Assembly: GCF_001194135.2 (NCBI RefSeq)
Contig: NC_069001.1
Location: 22,974,107-23,038,106 of the forward strand
Length of the DNA: 64,000 nt
Source: Octopus bimaculoides
Lineage: Eukaryota
Direction: 5' to 3'
Each line of letters opens with the position of its first letter. Position 1 is the stretch's first letter. Shown here piece after piece: positions 11,861 through 25,559 of the stretch. Below the pieces are notes generated by a model. The model was not told the DNA's origin. It searched no databases and saw only the letters and a program-made list of their open reading frames with translations. The position numbers and the translations under genes are program-made.

Positions 11861-12867
11861 GCACCTTACACACCCCCACACACACACACACCCACACACA
11901 CACACACACCCACACACACACATATCAAAAGGATATGAGGATGATTTAAATTAATAGGTAATGCGTTCTGAGTGCTCAAATAGCTGTAGCACCGAAATTC
12001 CAGTTTGAATGAGAGTTGTTGTTATGTGATTGCTTTGTTCAGATGTAGGTTAAAGTAGTGAGGAAAGACAAACAATTAGGCAAGACATGACAAAGACATT
12101 TAATCTAATTTAATTCAATCTAATCTAGCTGAGTAATGACTGGTAAAAAATGGTAAAAAAAAATAGTCTCTGACAGCTGTTTCTGCGACATGCCAGCTGT
12201 TGGAACATCATATTGAGTGAAGACTCTGTAAGTTCGGTATTTCATCATTGGAAAGATTTAGGTTAGATAATGGAAGAAAGTTCCTCATCAATGATATTTG
12301 TTGTGGTTCATTATGTTCAGGAGGGTAGAAGGGTCCAGTTAAATCCAGTTAGATTTGGTATTCTTTAGATCAATCCATGGTCTGAAAGAATGGTTAGGTA
12401 GTATATCATGGTGAGAGGAAGGAAAGAATGGTTATGCATTACTTCATAGTGAGCGAAAATAAATGCTAGCAGTTCCAAAGTTGTGCAAATACTGAGAGGA
12501 GGAATAAATAAGACATTCAGGTGAGAGAAATATAGAAAGGTAAGAGTTTTGTACTGGATATACAGTATTCAGTATAGTGAGAGGTACTGAGTTGAGAGAA
12601 ATTAGGGGAAGGAATAAATAATACAACCTGATGTGAGAAAGATAAATAGATAAGAGCAGTGTTGTAAATATATACTAAGCAGTAGAGTAAGAGCTTTTGG
12701 GGGTGGATGGGGGTGTCTAGGGAAATTAGAAGTAGTGAGTGCAAGGACTAGTAAAGTGACAATCCTATCGAAAGAAATCAATGGGGGCAAATGTAAAGAT
12801 AGAGAGAAAAGGAAAATATATATATATATATATATATATATCAAATCATATACATATATATATATAT

Positions 12868-13060
12868 CATCATCATCATCATTATTATTTTTTTCCTTGC
12901 TGGCATGGGTTGAACAGTTTGATAAGGACAGACAAGCCAGAGGGTTCCACCAGGTTGTATGTCCGCTTTGGCCATGGTTTCTACAGCTGGATGTCCTTCC
13001 TAATGCCAACCACTTAACAGAGTGTACTGGGTGCTTTTTATGTAGCACCAGCACTGGTAA
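12868..13060 (-). mobile_element. SINE family B 3' part
   Basis: (CAT)n then ccttgctggcatgggttg...ttctacagctggatgtccttcctaatgccaaccac. Confidence 0.75.
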
Positions 13061-13235
13061 TGTCCTTCACTACCTACAAGATACTACCCCTCAGCTGAAT
13101 GGGGTACAGACTGGAGGAATAAGGAATGACAATAGAAGGAGAAGACCTGGTGTTTTGTTGAAGTAGTGAATATCTATCTATCAGTCTGTCTGTCTGTCTG
13201 TATGTCTATCTATCTATCTGCCTGCCTACTAGTTG

Positions 13236-13289
<54 letters not shown>

Positions 13290-13372
13290 ATTAGGAAATG
13301 TCAAAATCCAAACTTACAAGGATATATAATTTAGTAATACCATATTGAATTTTATAATAAATATGTTAATAA

Positions 13373-13510
13373 TTTAGAGAGGAACCACCAAGATGCAATC
13401 CAAACAATGAAGGAGATCAGACACCATCAAGAAAAATGTACTTTTGTTTTTCTTGATGGTGTCTGATCTCCTTTATTGTTTGGATTGCATCTTGGTGGTT
13501 CTTCTCTAAA
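13373..13510. repeat. Near-perfect hairpin, 64-bp arms, 10-nt loop
   Basis: tttagagaggaacc...catcaagaaaaa / tttttcttgatgg...ggttcttctctaaa; two mismatches. Confidence 0.92.
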
Positions 13511-13533
13511 GTATCAATATATATATATATATA

Positions 13534-13738
13534 TCATCATCATCATCATCATCATCGTTTAACGTCCGCTTTCCATGCTAGCATGGGTTGGACGATTTGA
13601 TTGAGGACTGGTGAAACCAGATGGCAACACCAGGCTCCAATCTGATTTGGCAGAGTTTCTACAGCTGGATGCCCTTCCTAACACCAACCACTCAGAGAGT
13701 GTAGTGGGTGTTTTTACATGTCACCCGCACAAAGGCCA
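13534..13738 (-). mobile_element. SINE family B 3' part
   Basis: Close reverse complement of 120-298. Confidence 0.85.
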
Positions 13739-14018
13739 ACATATGATAAATGAAAGCTGAAAGTTGAAAAATACAAGAATTTTCATTAATCACAACAATT
13801 GTTTTAAGACATCTGGCATTTAGCAAGGGTGGGATACTTAGCAACTGGTTCAGGAACATCTGACAGTGCAGATGTGTTTCTTCAGGTGATAAATAGATAT
13901 AACTCATTAGAATAACAGCTCCGCAAGGATATATCTTCATTTATATGGAAGATCAAAAATAAAATCACAGTTGCAAAAAAAGAAACGAACATGAAATAGA
14001 GCAAGAAAAGTATATGAT

Positions 14019-14179
14019 CTTTCATTTGTTTCAGTTATTTGAAGAAACTTAATCGAATGAATTGACCTCAGCATTTTTTATTTTTTAAACCTGGCACTTA
14101 TTCTGGTGGTCTCTTTTGCTGAACTGCTAAGTTACAGTGATGTAAACACACCAATGATGGTTGTCAAGCAGTGATTGGA

Positions 14180-14223
<44 letters not shown>

Positions 14224-14374
14224 GCTTCTTTCAGTTTTCGTTTGCCAAATCCACTCTCAAGGATTCGGTCAGCTTGAGTTTATAGTAGAAAACACTTGCC
14301 CAAGGTGCCATGCAGTGGGACTGAACTTAAAACCATGTAGTTGGGAAGCAAACTTCTTACCACACAATCACTCC

Positions 14375-14375
<1 letters not shown>
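14019..14375 (-). mobile_element. SINE family A
   Basis: Reverse complement of head, (CA)n core and tail. Confidence 0.8.
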
Positions 14376-14409
<34 letters not shown>

Positions 14410-14639
14410 TAATTATACTTTCACAAGAAATGGCAGGACTGACTTTGTAGTTTTGGCTTTCTACCTTCATTTCATGGAGGCTGCCACCAGTTCAAAACTT
14501 CAAAGTCCCTGTCACCTGACTCCTTGCAAAACAATTATAAATGTATTCTTTAAAAAAACATATTGTGTAATTCTTCAGTAATATTAAATTATTCTTATAA
14601 TTCAACATAAAAGCAAGCATTAATATATATGTGTGTGTA

Positions 14640-14889
14640 AGGCAGTGCAATGGCTGATTCGTTAGCATGTTGGATGAAATGCTTAGTGGTATTTCATCTG
14701 TCTTTACATTCTGAGTTCAAATTCCACCAAGGTTGACTTTGCCTTTAATCCTTTCAGGGTCGATAAATTAAGTACCAGTTGCATACTGGGACTGATCTAT
14801 TTGACTGGCCTCCTCTCCCAAAATTTCAGGCCTTGTGCCTAGAGTAGAAAAAAAATATATATATATATGTGTGTGTGTGTGTATATGTA

Positions 14890-14927
<38 letters not shown>

Positions 14928-15135
14928 GGCAACTAGCTGGCAGAATTAGCATGCTTGGCAAAATGCTTAGCAGTGTTTCGTTTGCCCTTATGTTTTGAGT
15001 TCAAATTCTACTGTGGTCACTTTTGCCTTTCATCCTTTCAGGGTTGATAAATCAAGTACCAGTTGAGTACCAGAGAGTCAATGTAATTGACTTACCCGCA
15101 CCCCCTGAATGGATGGCATTGTGCCAATATTTAAA
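14640..15135 (+). mobile_element. Two SINE family C copies (~14640-14852, 14926-15135)
   Basis: ctgagttcaaattc...gttgactttgcctt...aagtaccagttg core in both. Confidence 0.8.
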
Positions 15136-15453
15136 ACATGGATGGATGGATGGATGGATGGATGGATGGATCTATCTATCTATCTATCTATTGAGTATGG
15201 TCTTTGTAAATGTTGATATTTCCTGTAAACTAAAGAGCCTTTTATTGCTGCATTTTCTAAGATAATTGAGATAATTAAACCCTTACTTTTAAAAACTGAT
15301 AAAGGTTATTGATAGAAAGGGCAACTATCATTGAAAACTTGAAAACTGTATCAATTATAAATACATGTCTGTATTGTGCTAGCATGGCAAAATAGATGTA
15401 ATATAAACAAATTACATATACCTGTGTGTGTGTGTATATGTGTGTGTAAATGC

Positions 15454-15485
<32 letters not shown>

Positions 15486-15551
15486 ATGTTTGTATATGTA
15501 TGTACATATATGTAGGTATATACATGTAGATGTATGTATACATATATCTAA

Positions 15552-15596
<45 letters not shown>

Positions 15597-15748
15597 NNNN
15601 NNNNNNTATATATATATATATATATATTTATATATGTATGTATATATATATATGTAGGTAGGTATACATATATATGTATACACATCTCTAAGTGTGTGTG
15701 TATATATATATATGTGTGTGTGTGTTTATATACATATATGTAGGTATA

Positions 15749-15964
15749 CGAGGGGAAGCTGAAAAGTTCCTGGCTTTGTATAAAAGAAAATACAGGAGGA
15801 TCAGTTAACTACGATTTTATTCAATGTATTCCCCTCTCAGATTCACACACTTATTGCAGCAGTCCTTCAGTTTTTCTAAGCCTTACAAAAAAACTCAGGA
15901 GGTTGAACCTCCAGCCAGGCTTTTTGCAGTATCCTTAAAACCAGGAACTTTTCAGCACTCCTCA
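15749..15964 (+). mobile_element. Mariner-type MITE, copy 2
   Basis: TA|cgaggggaagctgaaaagttcctggc ... ccaggaacttttcagcactcctca|TA. Confidence 0.82.
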
Positions 15965-15992
15965 TATATATGTATATGTATAGGCATGCATA

Positions 15993-16038
<46 letters not shown>

Positions 16039-16047
16039 TGTGTGTGT

Positions 16048-16103
<56 letters not shown>

Positions 16104-16339
16104 ATACATATATTATACAAACAGTTACACATACGAACATGCACAAGTATATATGCACACACATACACACACACACACACACACACATGCACGCACGTGC
16201 GCTCACTTACCACATACATGCTTGCTATAGGTTTCAGAAGAGTTTTAGGGCACTGTGGGATTTTAGCCTAAATCAATTCATGACCCAGCTACCTTGTCTT
16301 GCTAACACTGTCTTGCTGGTGTTGCCTGAGAATTATAAT

Positions 16340-16537
16340 AGTTTTTCTAATTTTGGCACAAGGCCAGTAATTTTGAAGGGAGAAATGATTCAAGTACATT
16401 GACCCTTGTACTTGACTGGTACTTATGTTATTGACTCTGAAAGAATTCTTTGGCAGAATTTGAACTCAGAATGTAGAGAGTCATATGAAACACTACTAAG
16501 CATTTTGTTCAATTCATTAATGATTCTGCCAGTTCAC
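16340..16537 (-). mobile_element. SINE family C
   Basis: ttttggcacaaggccag...actggtactta...gaatttgaactcagaatg. Confidence 0.7.
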
Positions 16538-16558
16538 AATCTTTGAAAATGATAGTAA

Positions 16559-16625
16559 TTACCATAAGAGTACATGTGTAGAGTACCATAAGAGTACATG
16601 TGTAGAGTACCATAGGAGTACATGT
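16559..16625. repeat. 24-bp tandem repeat, ~2.8 copies
   Basis: taccataagagtacatgtgtagag repeated. Confidence 0.85.
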
Positions 16626-16697
16626 ATCTGTGGGGATGAATAATGCCTTGAGTACATAGTTCAGTTGATTGTGCAATTGAATACATATCATATAAAA

Positions 16698-17093
16698 CGG
16701 CTGTGGTAAGAAGCTTGCTTCCCAACCATATGGTTCCGGGTTCAGTCCCACTGTGTGGCACCTCAGGCAAGTGTCTTCTGCTATAGCCTCAGTCCAGCCA
16801 AAGCTTTGTGAGTAGATTTGGTAGATGGAAACTGAAAGAATCTTGTCTTGTATATATGTGTGTTTTTGTGTGTGTATGTGTGTGTGTATCTGTGTGTGTG
16901 TGTGTGTGTGTATATTTGTCCTCCCAATCACCACTTGACAACTGGTGTTGGTGTGATTGCATCCCCATAACTTAGCGAGTCAGCAAAAGAGACTAATAGA
17001 ATAAGTACTAAGCTTGTTCAACTAAAATACTTCAAGATGGTGCTCCAGCATGGCCACAGTCAAATGACAGAAACAAATAAAAGAATAAAAGAA
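16698..17093 (+). mobile_element. SINE family A
   Basis: Head, (TG)n core and tail present. Confidence 0.85.
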
Positions 17094-17841
17094 TAATACA
17101 TATGCATAATATTGTTGGTGTTTAGCCCTTTCTCATGAGTTATGTTTCATTTTTGATGTGTCTTTAGAAAACTATTTAACTCCTTCTCATTCAGTCAATC
17201 TATCTCTAAACTATGAGGAATAAGGAATATGCATTTAGATGTATGTTGATTAAGATGCCTGCTGGAGCCCCTTGTGGGCAGTAAAGAAATATGATGCATG
17301 CTGTAGCCCCTTGTGGGCAGTAAAGAAATATGATGCATGTTGATTTTAGTCCGAAGACAACTCTGATTAAGCAAACATATGATCACATACATTCCAGCTA
17401 CAACCATCATGTTTTTCTTCAGAGACACGTTACACCACGAAGTACCTTATCAAGAGTGCTTATCTTTTCTTAGATATTAGAGAGAATGGGCTGCTGTTAC
17501 TAGCAGGTGACACAACCATGTAGAGATGGCTTGTTCATTGGCTGAAACATTCCATGAACTTCTGTTTTTAATTTTACTGTAATGTTTCTTTTCATGATAT
17601 ATTTAATTACCAAATTTATAGTCTATGTCATGCTGAAGATTCTAAAAAAGGATGAGATAGTACTATAGATGAGTACCACTAACTAGAAATTCCAAGAACT
17701 TCACCATAGATAATAATAAAAAAAAGAAGAATTTAGATTAGATACATAAATGTTATTATATATATGAGCTCTTCATATCCTTTTATGCCTCATGTTGTGA
17801 GATGTTAACCTCTTCTTGTACTAACAGCCATCTAGAGGGTG

Positions 17842-17884
<43 letters not shown>

Positions 17885-18069
17885 CGTGTGTGTGTGTGTG
17901 TGTGTGTGTGTTGAAATGTATCAATGAAGGAAGGTCTTGTGTAAGGGGATGTAGTTTCTATTATATATTTTTCGAGATCTGAGACATATGTGTCAAATGC
18001 TTTCAAAATATCACCGTTTGCTTTGACTTCATTATTACAAATCAAGTGTGTGTGTGTGTGTGTGTGTGT

Positions 18070-18410
18070 AAAGGGTAAAAATGTCCTTCAGTCATGAATG
18101 ACCATGGGATTGCACATATAAAGTTCCCCTCCAAGACACAAGTCCAGGCAAGGTTGTTTGTGGAAGACCAGCTGTTGTCCATGTACACCAGCCTCCCCTC
18201 TCCACGCCACTGATGTTGTCTAAGGGAAAGGCAAAGGGGCCAAAAAGCTTGGCACCAATGATGTCACAACTCATCTCTACAGCTGAGTGAACTGGAGCAA
18301 CATGAAATAAAGAATCTTGCTCAAGAACACAACACACAGCCTGGTCTAAGAATCAAACTCACTACCTCGTGATTGTGAGCTTGATGCTCTAACCACTGAG
18401 CACCTTGGTG
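18070..18410 (-). mobile_element. SINE family D (tRNA-like head, gtgttcttgagcaag...gctccagtccactcagctg core)
   Basis: Minus strand head ctcagtggttagagcatcaagctcacaatcacgaggtagtgagtttgattc. Confidence 0.75.
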
Positions 18411-18736
18411 ATTATTATTGGTTCTTGAAATGTACAATGTTTTTATTTTATTCCAGAGCTTGACCATGTTTGTAGCATAGCAAAATGAAATTTTCTTTGG
18501 AGTAATTGCTTAAAAGAATTATGATTAACAAAGAAAACCTGTTCTCAGTACCTGGAGTTATGCAATTAAAAAGGTTTATTTTACAGATTTATTTTATGTA
18601 TTTATACACGTGACATTTTCCTTTTCAAATGGCTATAAAACACATATTACTTCAGAAGTAGTGTAACAACTAATTAGGAAATAACCACAATATAAAAACA
18701 AAATACTGAACAGAAATATAAAAAAAATGAACAGGT

Positions 18737-19140
18737 GCAGGAGAGTAGCTGTGTGGTAAGTAGCTTGCTTACCAACCACCTGGTTCTGGGCTCAATCCCA
18801 CTGTGTGGCACCTTGGGCAAGTGTTTTCTACTATAGCTAACCAAAGCCTTGTGAGTGGATTTGGTAGACGGAAACTGAAAGAAGCCTGTTATATATATGT
18901 GTGTGTGTGTGCGTGTGTGTGTGTGCGTGTGTGTGTGTGCGTGACTGTGCTTGTCCCCCCATCATCACTTGACAACCAATGTTGGTTTGTTTACATCCCA
19001 GTAACTTATCAGTTTGGTAAAAGAGACCAATAGACTAAGTACTAGGCTTACAAATAATAAGTACTGGGGTCAATTTGTTTGACTAAAGGTGGTGCTCCAG
19101 CATGGCCACAGTCAATGACTGAAACAAATAAAAGAATAAA
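18737..19140 (+). mobile_element. SINE family A
   Basis: Full head, core and tail. Confidence 0.88.
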
Positions 19141-19484
19141 CTTAAATGAGTGTTAATACATAAAAATATTCCAAACAGTCTAACAGGTAGATAGCAATTC
19201 TAACAACTACAACAGCAGTGGTAGCATTTGCAGCTTAAATCCCCTACCTAATAGCTGTGTTAATGCACATCTTGCCTCAGTTAGAGAACAAAAGTATTAG
19301 AGTTAACAGTTCTTTGAAAAAGTAGTTGAGGGAATTCTGTAGGACCAAACAGTTTTTCTTTGTCACAAGCGCTAACCCGAGAAGGCAAGAGAGACAAAAA
19401 AGAAAAATATATCTGTTATGAAAGGGAGAATAAGTTGTGTTTGTGTTAACTTAACTATGATTTTCTATGGTAAATGTGTGAAGC

Positions 19485-19585
19485 TGTTTACTTTTCTGGG
19501 TAACTACTCTGTAATATTGTTTACTTTTCTGGGTAATCACTCTGTAATATTGTTTACTTTTCTGTGTAAGCACTTTGTAACATTG
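19485..19585. repeat. 33-bp tandem repeat, 3 copies
   Basis: tgtttacttttctgggtaa...ctctgtaatat repeated. Confidence 0.85.
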
Positions 19586-20254
19586 CATTATGTTAGAATG
19601 TCAGTGAACATTCCAGAATTATGTTATGTGATAAATTACATGTTTCATATGGTCAAGTGATGTATGGGGCATGGGAGCATGGCTTACATAGCAGCCGGGA
19701 AGCAGATTGGTTAAGAATAAAATTCTAGAAGTTACAAAGTCACATGACTGTTTAGATGATTCTAGATTAATGTGCAGGTATATAAAGAGGGCTATTCTCC
19801 ATGTATAGGCAAATAGTAAGCAGAAGTCAGTTAGTGTGAAACTAATTAACAAAGAACTGCATTCCCCGAGATGTGTGTTTTGAAGACATCTAGGACTTCT
19901 CTGGGAAATTTGGCTTTCTGGCCTAGTCTGAGGTTTCGTGCTGCTAACTTTTGCTGTTGGCACTGTGTTGGTACATATCTGTGTTAAAGCTAAAATGCAA
20001 GTGGAGTTGATTATTCCTCATGATCTAAATTTCTGGAGAAATTATCTGAACCAAAAGGGAGAAAAGATGACACTATTTGCTGCACTTTCCTAAGTGGAAA
20101 CTCAGCCAAAGCATAGAATGAAATTGTTTTAGACACGAGTACAACAGTACATTGTACCCAAGTAAATACGTTGAAGAAATATGAGAGTAGTGATAAGAGA
20201 CACTGAAAATGATGTAGATTCATGGTTAGTCATCCCTTTTGTATGTGGAGGTGC

Positions 20255-20515
20255 ATGGTTTAGTGGTTAGGGTATTCGATTTATGGTTGTAAGATTGTGG
20301 TTTCAATTCCTAGACTGGGCAATGCATTGTGTTCTTGAGCAATGCATTGTGTTCTTGAGCAAAGCACTTCATTTCATGTTGCTCCAGTCCACTCAGCTGA
20401 CAGAAATGAGTAATCCTGTGATGGACTAGCATCTCATCCAGGTGGAGAATTTATACACCATGAAACTGGGAAACCAACCCTTATGAGCTGGAATGACTTG
20501 AAAAGGTAACATCAC
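20255..20515 (+). mobile_element. SINE family D with small internal tandem duplication
   Basis: gcatggtttagtggttagggtattcg...(gcaatgcattgtgttcttga)x2...gctccagtccactcagctg. Confidence 0.75.
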
Positions 20516-21283
20516 TTTTGTATCGTAGTCTGTTCCAATGAGTGGCTAGAACAAGGTTAATAAGAGGTGACCATGTGAGCAAAGAATGCCAAAATGAATT
20601 CGCAAATTCTAAGGATCCCTGAAGACCACAATGCCATGTTGGAACTGTGCCCTGTTGAAGTTATTGAGATCAAGGCCTTGAGACTGCTGATGAAGGGGAA
20701 AAAAACTTACTTGTTATATTTGTTGTGATAAGGATTTTCAAAGTTCCTTTTGCTCTAAAGAAATAAAAAGACTAGTCACCCCCCCCCCCTGCAAATGAAT
20801 AGAAAATAAAAAGAACAAAGACCGAGACAACAAAGACTCCAATTGCCAGAGCACTTTTAGCCAAAACAAATGAGCAACAACTGCAAACAGTAGTAGTATT
20901 CTATCTTCATGTGACATGCAAGAAATAAAGGCTTCAGAAGAAACTGTAAAAATCTTTTGAAGGAAACTGGTAACTAAAAGAAAAAAATAATTAAAAAAAG
21001 CCCCAAAGAAATAAATGCCAACATAAAGCAATAAAAACACAGGCAAGGAGGAACAATTTCTTCAAAACATCAACAGTATTCCTTCTCAGTAAAAATATTG
21101 TAAAACAAATTTTTTTTAAAGTGATGAGGAAAACAAAGGACAGTGATTCACCATCCCTAGAAATTCAAACAGACAACTCATCAACAAAATCCTATATCTT
21201 TGGTATCAGCAGCTTTCTGAGGAAATTGAGAAGTACAAGAAGAGTGATGTTTAGAATACAGGCAACTTGCAGAACATGGGTTC

Positions 21284-21560
21284 ATCACCATCATCATTTA
21301 ATGTCCGTTTTTAAATGTTGACATGGTTTTGACAGTTTGCCTGAAGATGGTTATCCAGAGAGCTCCAGTCTGCTTTGGCTTGGTTTCTACAAGCTGGATG
21401 TTCTTCTTAATGCCAACCATTCCATAGAGTGTACTGGGTGTCTTTGATCTATCACCAGCATGGATACTTTTAATGTGTCACTGGCATGGGTGCCTTTTAG
21501 GTGACACTGGAACAGGTGCCTTTTACTTGTCTCTGGCACTGGCCATGGCCACAGTTTCAC
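21284..21560 (-). mobile_element. SINE family B
   Basis: catcatttaatgtccgtt...gctggatgttcttcttaatgccaacc; short internal tandem units. Confidence 0.7.
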
Positions 21561-21639
21561 TTAGCTCTTGATTATTAGTAAAAAAAATCAAAGACATTAT
21601 AATGAATTAAAATAGTATCCTGAAATTGCTGTTTTCCAA

Positions 21640-22005
21640 CTATTATCTATAGTCAGTTGTTGCAACTATGACTTCATGCCTTTGGCATGACTTGACAAGC
21701 TTGCTCCATACTGGTCAGTTTTTTCACTTAGGTTTGCCATTTATGATTCCAATCAAATTCCTTTCCACCCCATGTTTCTTTTTGCAATATCTTTGAATCT
21801 CTAGATCCTCCATGGTTTCTTTTCCCCTTGCATAGTTGAGAGTAAAGGATTTGTGTGGAGAATCTGTTGTTGTCCATCCTGTGTACACATACCAATCAAC
21901 GTAAATTTCTATCACTGATTATTTCCATCATTGGAGACAAACCAGCACACCATAGGATCTCTTCATTCCTGATCTTGTCAAAGAGAACAATATTCGTAAT
22001 TCGTC
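21640..22005 (-). mobile_element. RTE-like LINE 3' fragment (RT C-terminal region), decayed
   Basis: Minus frame RRITNIVLFDKIRNEEILWCAGLSPMMEIISDRNLR*LVCVHRMDNNRFSTQILYSQLCKGKRNHG resembles the RTE pattern LRRIL.I.W.DKI.NEEVL...RLRW.GHV.RM...RLPKQILY..L..GKR..G. Confidence 0.7.
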
Positions 22006-22913
22006 GTCGCTGTATTTTTTCAACTACCACCTACTAAAAATAATGTTATATGCCATTTTTGTTTACACAAGAAAACAATACAAAGATTGCTTCACAGGTA
22101 AAGTCATGTGGTCTTCTAACCTGATCAAGTCAATAAACTTTTATGTCTTATCTATTTTAATTATAGCTTGTTTTAATTATTGTGTTTTATCACACATAAT
22201 TTATTTCTGTTCAAATACTAATGCTTTTAAAATCTTAATTTCGTCTATATGTTGTATAACGACTTTCACCCACTTCTCTCGTCTTTGTCTAATTTGTCTG
22301 TCACACCCCAAACTTTTTCTTTGTAAACATCCTAGCAAACCATTTTATATTCTTTTTTTTTGTGTCTCTTCAAGCTCTACTAGCTAATAATGAAAAGATA
22401 ATCATCATTGTTGTCATTGTCATCATTATCATTGTTGTAGTTGTCATCATCATCATCAACATGATTAAAAAGTGGAAGCATCTTGAACCTAAACACTGAA
22501 TTCTCTGAATCCATTTATCAATCTGAGTGTTCAATTTATTTGTCTGAGTGTTCAACTCATTTAAACAATCAGACACATATAATTAAGAGTTACAAATCAA
22601 GAAACTGCAGATTTTAGTAAAATATACACTCCTTTATGTTTTGGATGTTTCTTCTCTTTTTATTAATTTCTCTCTCTATTTCACTCTGTCTCTTTATTCC
22701 TATACACACAGATGCACATTCATCATCATCATGATCGTTAAAACATCCACTTTTCTATGCTTGAATATGTCAGCTGGATTTTGTTGTGACAGATTTTCTA
22801 TGGCTGAATGCTCTTCCTGTTGTCAAACCTCACCTATTTCTATATGAGGTTATATTTCCCATGACAAACATGGTTTCATAGAACATTGAAAACAGGCACA
22901 CATACACACATGT

Positions 22914-22950
<37 letters not shown>

Positions 22951-23015
22951 ATGAGCTTCTTTCAGTTTCCATCTACCAAATCCACTCACAAACCTTTCAT
23001 ATATATATATACATA

Positions 23016-23221
23016 CAAGGAGGTGCAGAAACGTTCCTGGCTTTAAGGGTATCGTGAAAGACCTTGTTGGATGCTAAATCTTCTAAGTTCTTTTACAGTG
23101 ATTAAGAAAATGAAAGGACCACTGCAATAAGTGTGAATCTGAGAGGAAAATATGTTGAATAAAACCATTATTATCTGATCCTCCTGTATTTTCTTTTACA
23201 CAAGCTAGGAACTTTCGAGCA

Positions 23222-23229
<8 letters not shown>
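23016..23229 (-). mobile_element. Mariner-type MITE, copy 3 (opposite orientation)
   Basis: TIRs caaggaggtgcagaaacgttcctggc / gctaggaactttcgagcaccccctcg; internal is the reverse complement of copy 2. Confidence 0.78.
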
Positions 23230-23282
<53 letters not shown>

Positions 23283-23665
23283 CCCTTGTCTTCATATCTA
23301 TTTGCAAGATGTAAACAATGGCATCAGAGATGATGTCAAACTGTGTTGTTTGCTGGCAGTCCACTGCAAAAGCATATCAAGGTTTCTGGATGTTTTGTAA
23401 GATCTCTGTAATCAACAGTCTCATTCATACAGTGTCATTTGTTTCCAGTTCGCTATGTTTTTGTTTCATTGACTGAGAGAATATTATTTCTCTTTGAAAC
23501 AGGTGGGACTTGACATCAGGTAAGGCATTCAGAGAAAATTCTGCCCCAAAGTACTTTCAGGTGACTTATGCAAGTGTGGAAAAGTAGATAGGAAAACGAT
23601 AATGCAGGAGCCATATTCTGGTGCCTATATGCATATAAATCTAGACAGAAGAGCTTCATTTCATT

Positions 23666-23905
23666 GGCATGGTTTTGTGGTAAGATCTTTGCTTCCCGGC
23701 CACATGATTCAGGGTTCAATTCTACTGTGTGGCCCTTTAGGCAAGTGTTTTCTACTAATAAATCCTTGAGTTAACCAAATCTTTGTGATTGGATTTGGTA
23801 GACAGAAACTGAAAGATGTCCATCATGTGTGTGTGTGTGTTTGTATCTGTGTTTATCTCCTACTACTGCTGTTGTTGGTATGTTTACATCCCTATAACTA
23901 GCAGG
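23666..23905 (+). mobile_element. SINE family A, 3'-truncated
   Basis: Head and core present. Confidence 0.7.
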
Positions 23906-24029
23906 GACATAAACCTTTCTAAGACTGTTATATTTTGTAGGAGATAACAGAATAACCAATTTATTTCTTTGTCAGTTCATAGTATATTTATATATGAACT
24001 ACTCATTATATCAACATATGCTTTATATT

Positions 24030-24497
24030 CAGGTTCTCCCAGAATTAGCTATTTCAATGAAATCAGACAATTTTTTTAAAAAACGCTCACTTTTATTTAA
24101 GCTTATCATATTTAATATGTATCAAAAGTGTATAGATTTTTATTTTGTTTATAATTTTATAATTCTTTAAAAATTTTTATAATTTTATTTTCATTACTCT
24201 TGGATCCTTCTTATCTGTCCACTACAGCCATTTTTTCAATTTGGCTGCAATCATTTTCTCTATCTCGATTTTAAAGATGGTGCAATAGTTTCATTTAGCA
24301 GAGCAGGTGAAAACTCCTGAAATGCTTCAAAATGTGTTTCGGATAGATTTGAAATCGAAAATTTTCAAGATTTGATGTAAAATTTATAAACCTATTTGTT
24401 TTGGTATCATGATTAAGTAATAACCATAAAATTTTGTCAGTTTTTTTTAAATTTGCCCAATTTCATCAAAATAGATAGTTAATTCTGGGACACCCTG
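24030..24497. mobile_element. Tc1/mariner-superfamily MITE (~470 bp)
   Basis: Left caggttctcccagaattagctat; reverse complement of right end cagggtgtcccagaattaactat followed by TA. Confidence 0.7.
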
Positions 24498-25525
24498 TAT
24501 ATAGAGCAGTTGTCGATATTATGTATATTGTGTGGCTGAGCAAATAACTGTCTGTTATTCAGTAATGCCTTATGTTAAGTCAACAAGATAACTTTATCTC
24601 TTATGAGACAAAATGCTGAATATTCTATATTTTCTTTGAGACGTATATACAAAATCTCCGTACCTCCTACTTCTTTAATTCACATAGCTATAAGTATAGC
24701 CATAGCACTGACTAAATTTTGTGTTATTGTACATTCTGAATGATTAAATATCTATGAATTAACAGAGGTACAGGCAAAGGGTTGATGTAATATGTACCTG
24801 TTGATATAAGATGTATCTCAGATCAATGTAAACAACAAACTTCCTCCTTCCGAAACAGCTGGTCTTGTGCAAAAATTCTAAATTCTGTTTCTAAAATTAT
24901 AAGTGAAAGGCACTTGAGCTTTGTAGGACATTTCTGGTAAGCTAAACAAGAGAGCTGGCAAGTGACCTACTGTTATGGATGCAAAAGCATGGCCATAGTC
25001 AAGCTGGTCATCCATACACAACATTTGTGGATCAACTCACCAGAGATACCGGATGTCTCCCCAAAGACTTCCCTCAACTAATGCAGGACTGAGGTGGACG
25101 GTGTATGTAAGTTAAAAATGTCTGAGCAAGCTTGACCAGGTGATGATGATGATGATGATGATTGCTGTCTGAAATGAGTTTTAGTAGGCAAGAGCTTTTG
25201 GATAGAAGTTCTGATGGAAGATATCTGCTTGTCTCAACATGTAAACACAGAAAATAGAGCTTAAAGAAGCATGGAGTTGTCAGTTCAATTCTAGCAACTT
25301 CCATATCTGATCGAGAACACGGAATAATAAGAACAGCCATCTGGTGTGCAAAAATGTTTGGGATGATCTGATTGATTGATTAATTGAAGTGTGAGAGATA
25401 AAGTGGGAGGTGAGAGGGGGAGTGATGTTGGGGACAAAGATAAGAAAAGAAAGAGAGATACAGTGAAAGAGAAAAAGAGTAGCCAATAGGAAAATAAGAA
25501 ACTATGAATATGAGAGACTGTATGT

Positions 25526-25559
<34 letters not shown>

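Noticed and set aside
15350-16402. Many ORFs of (HT)n, (CV)n, (YI)n type here and at 40086-40866, 45159-46044, 60711-62058
   Set aside because: Translations of (CA/TG)n and (TA)n microsatellites, which lack stops
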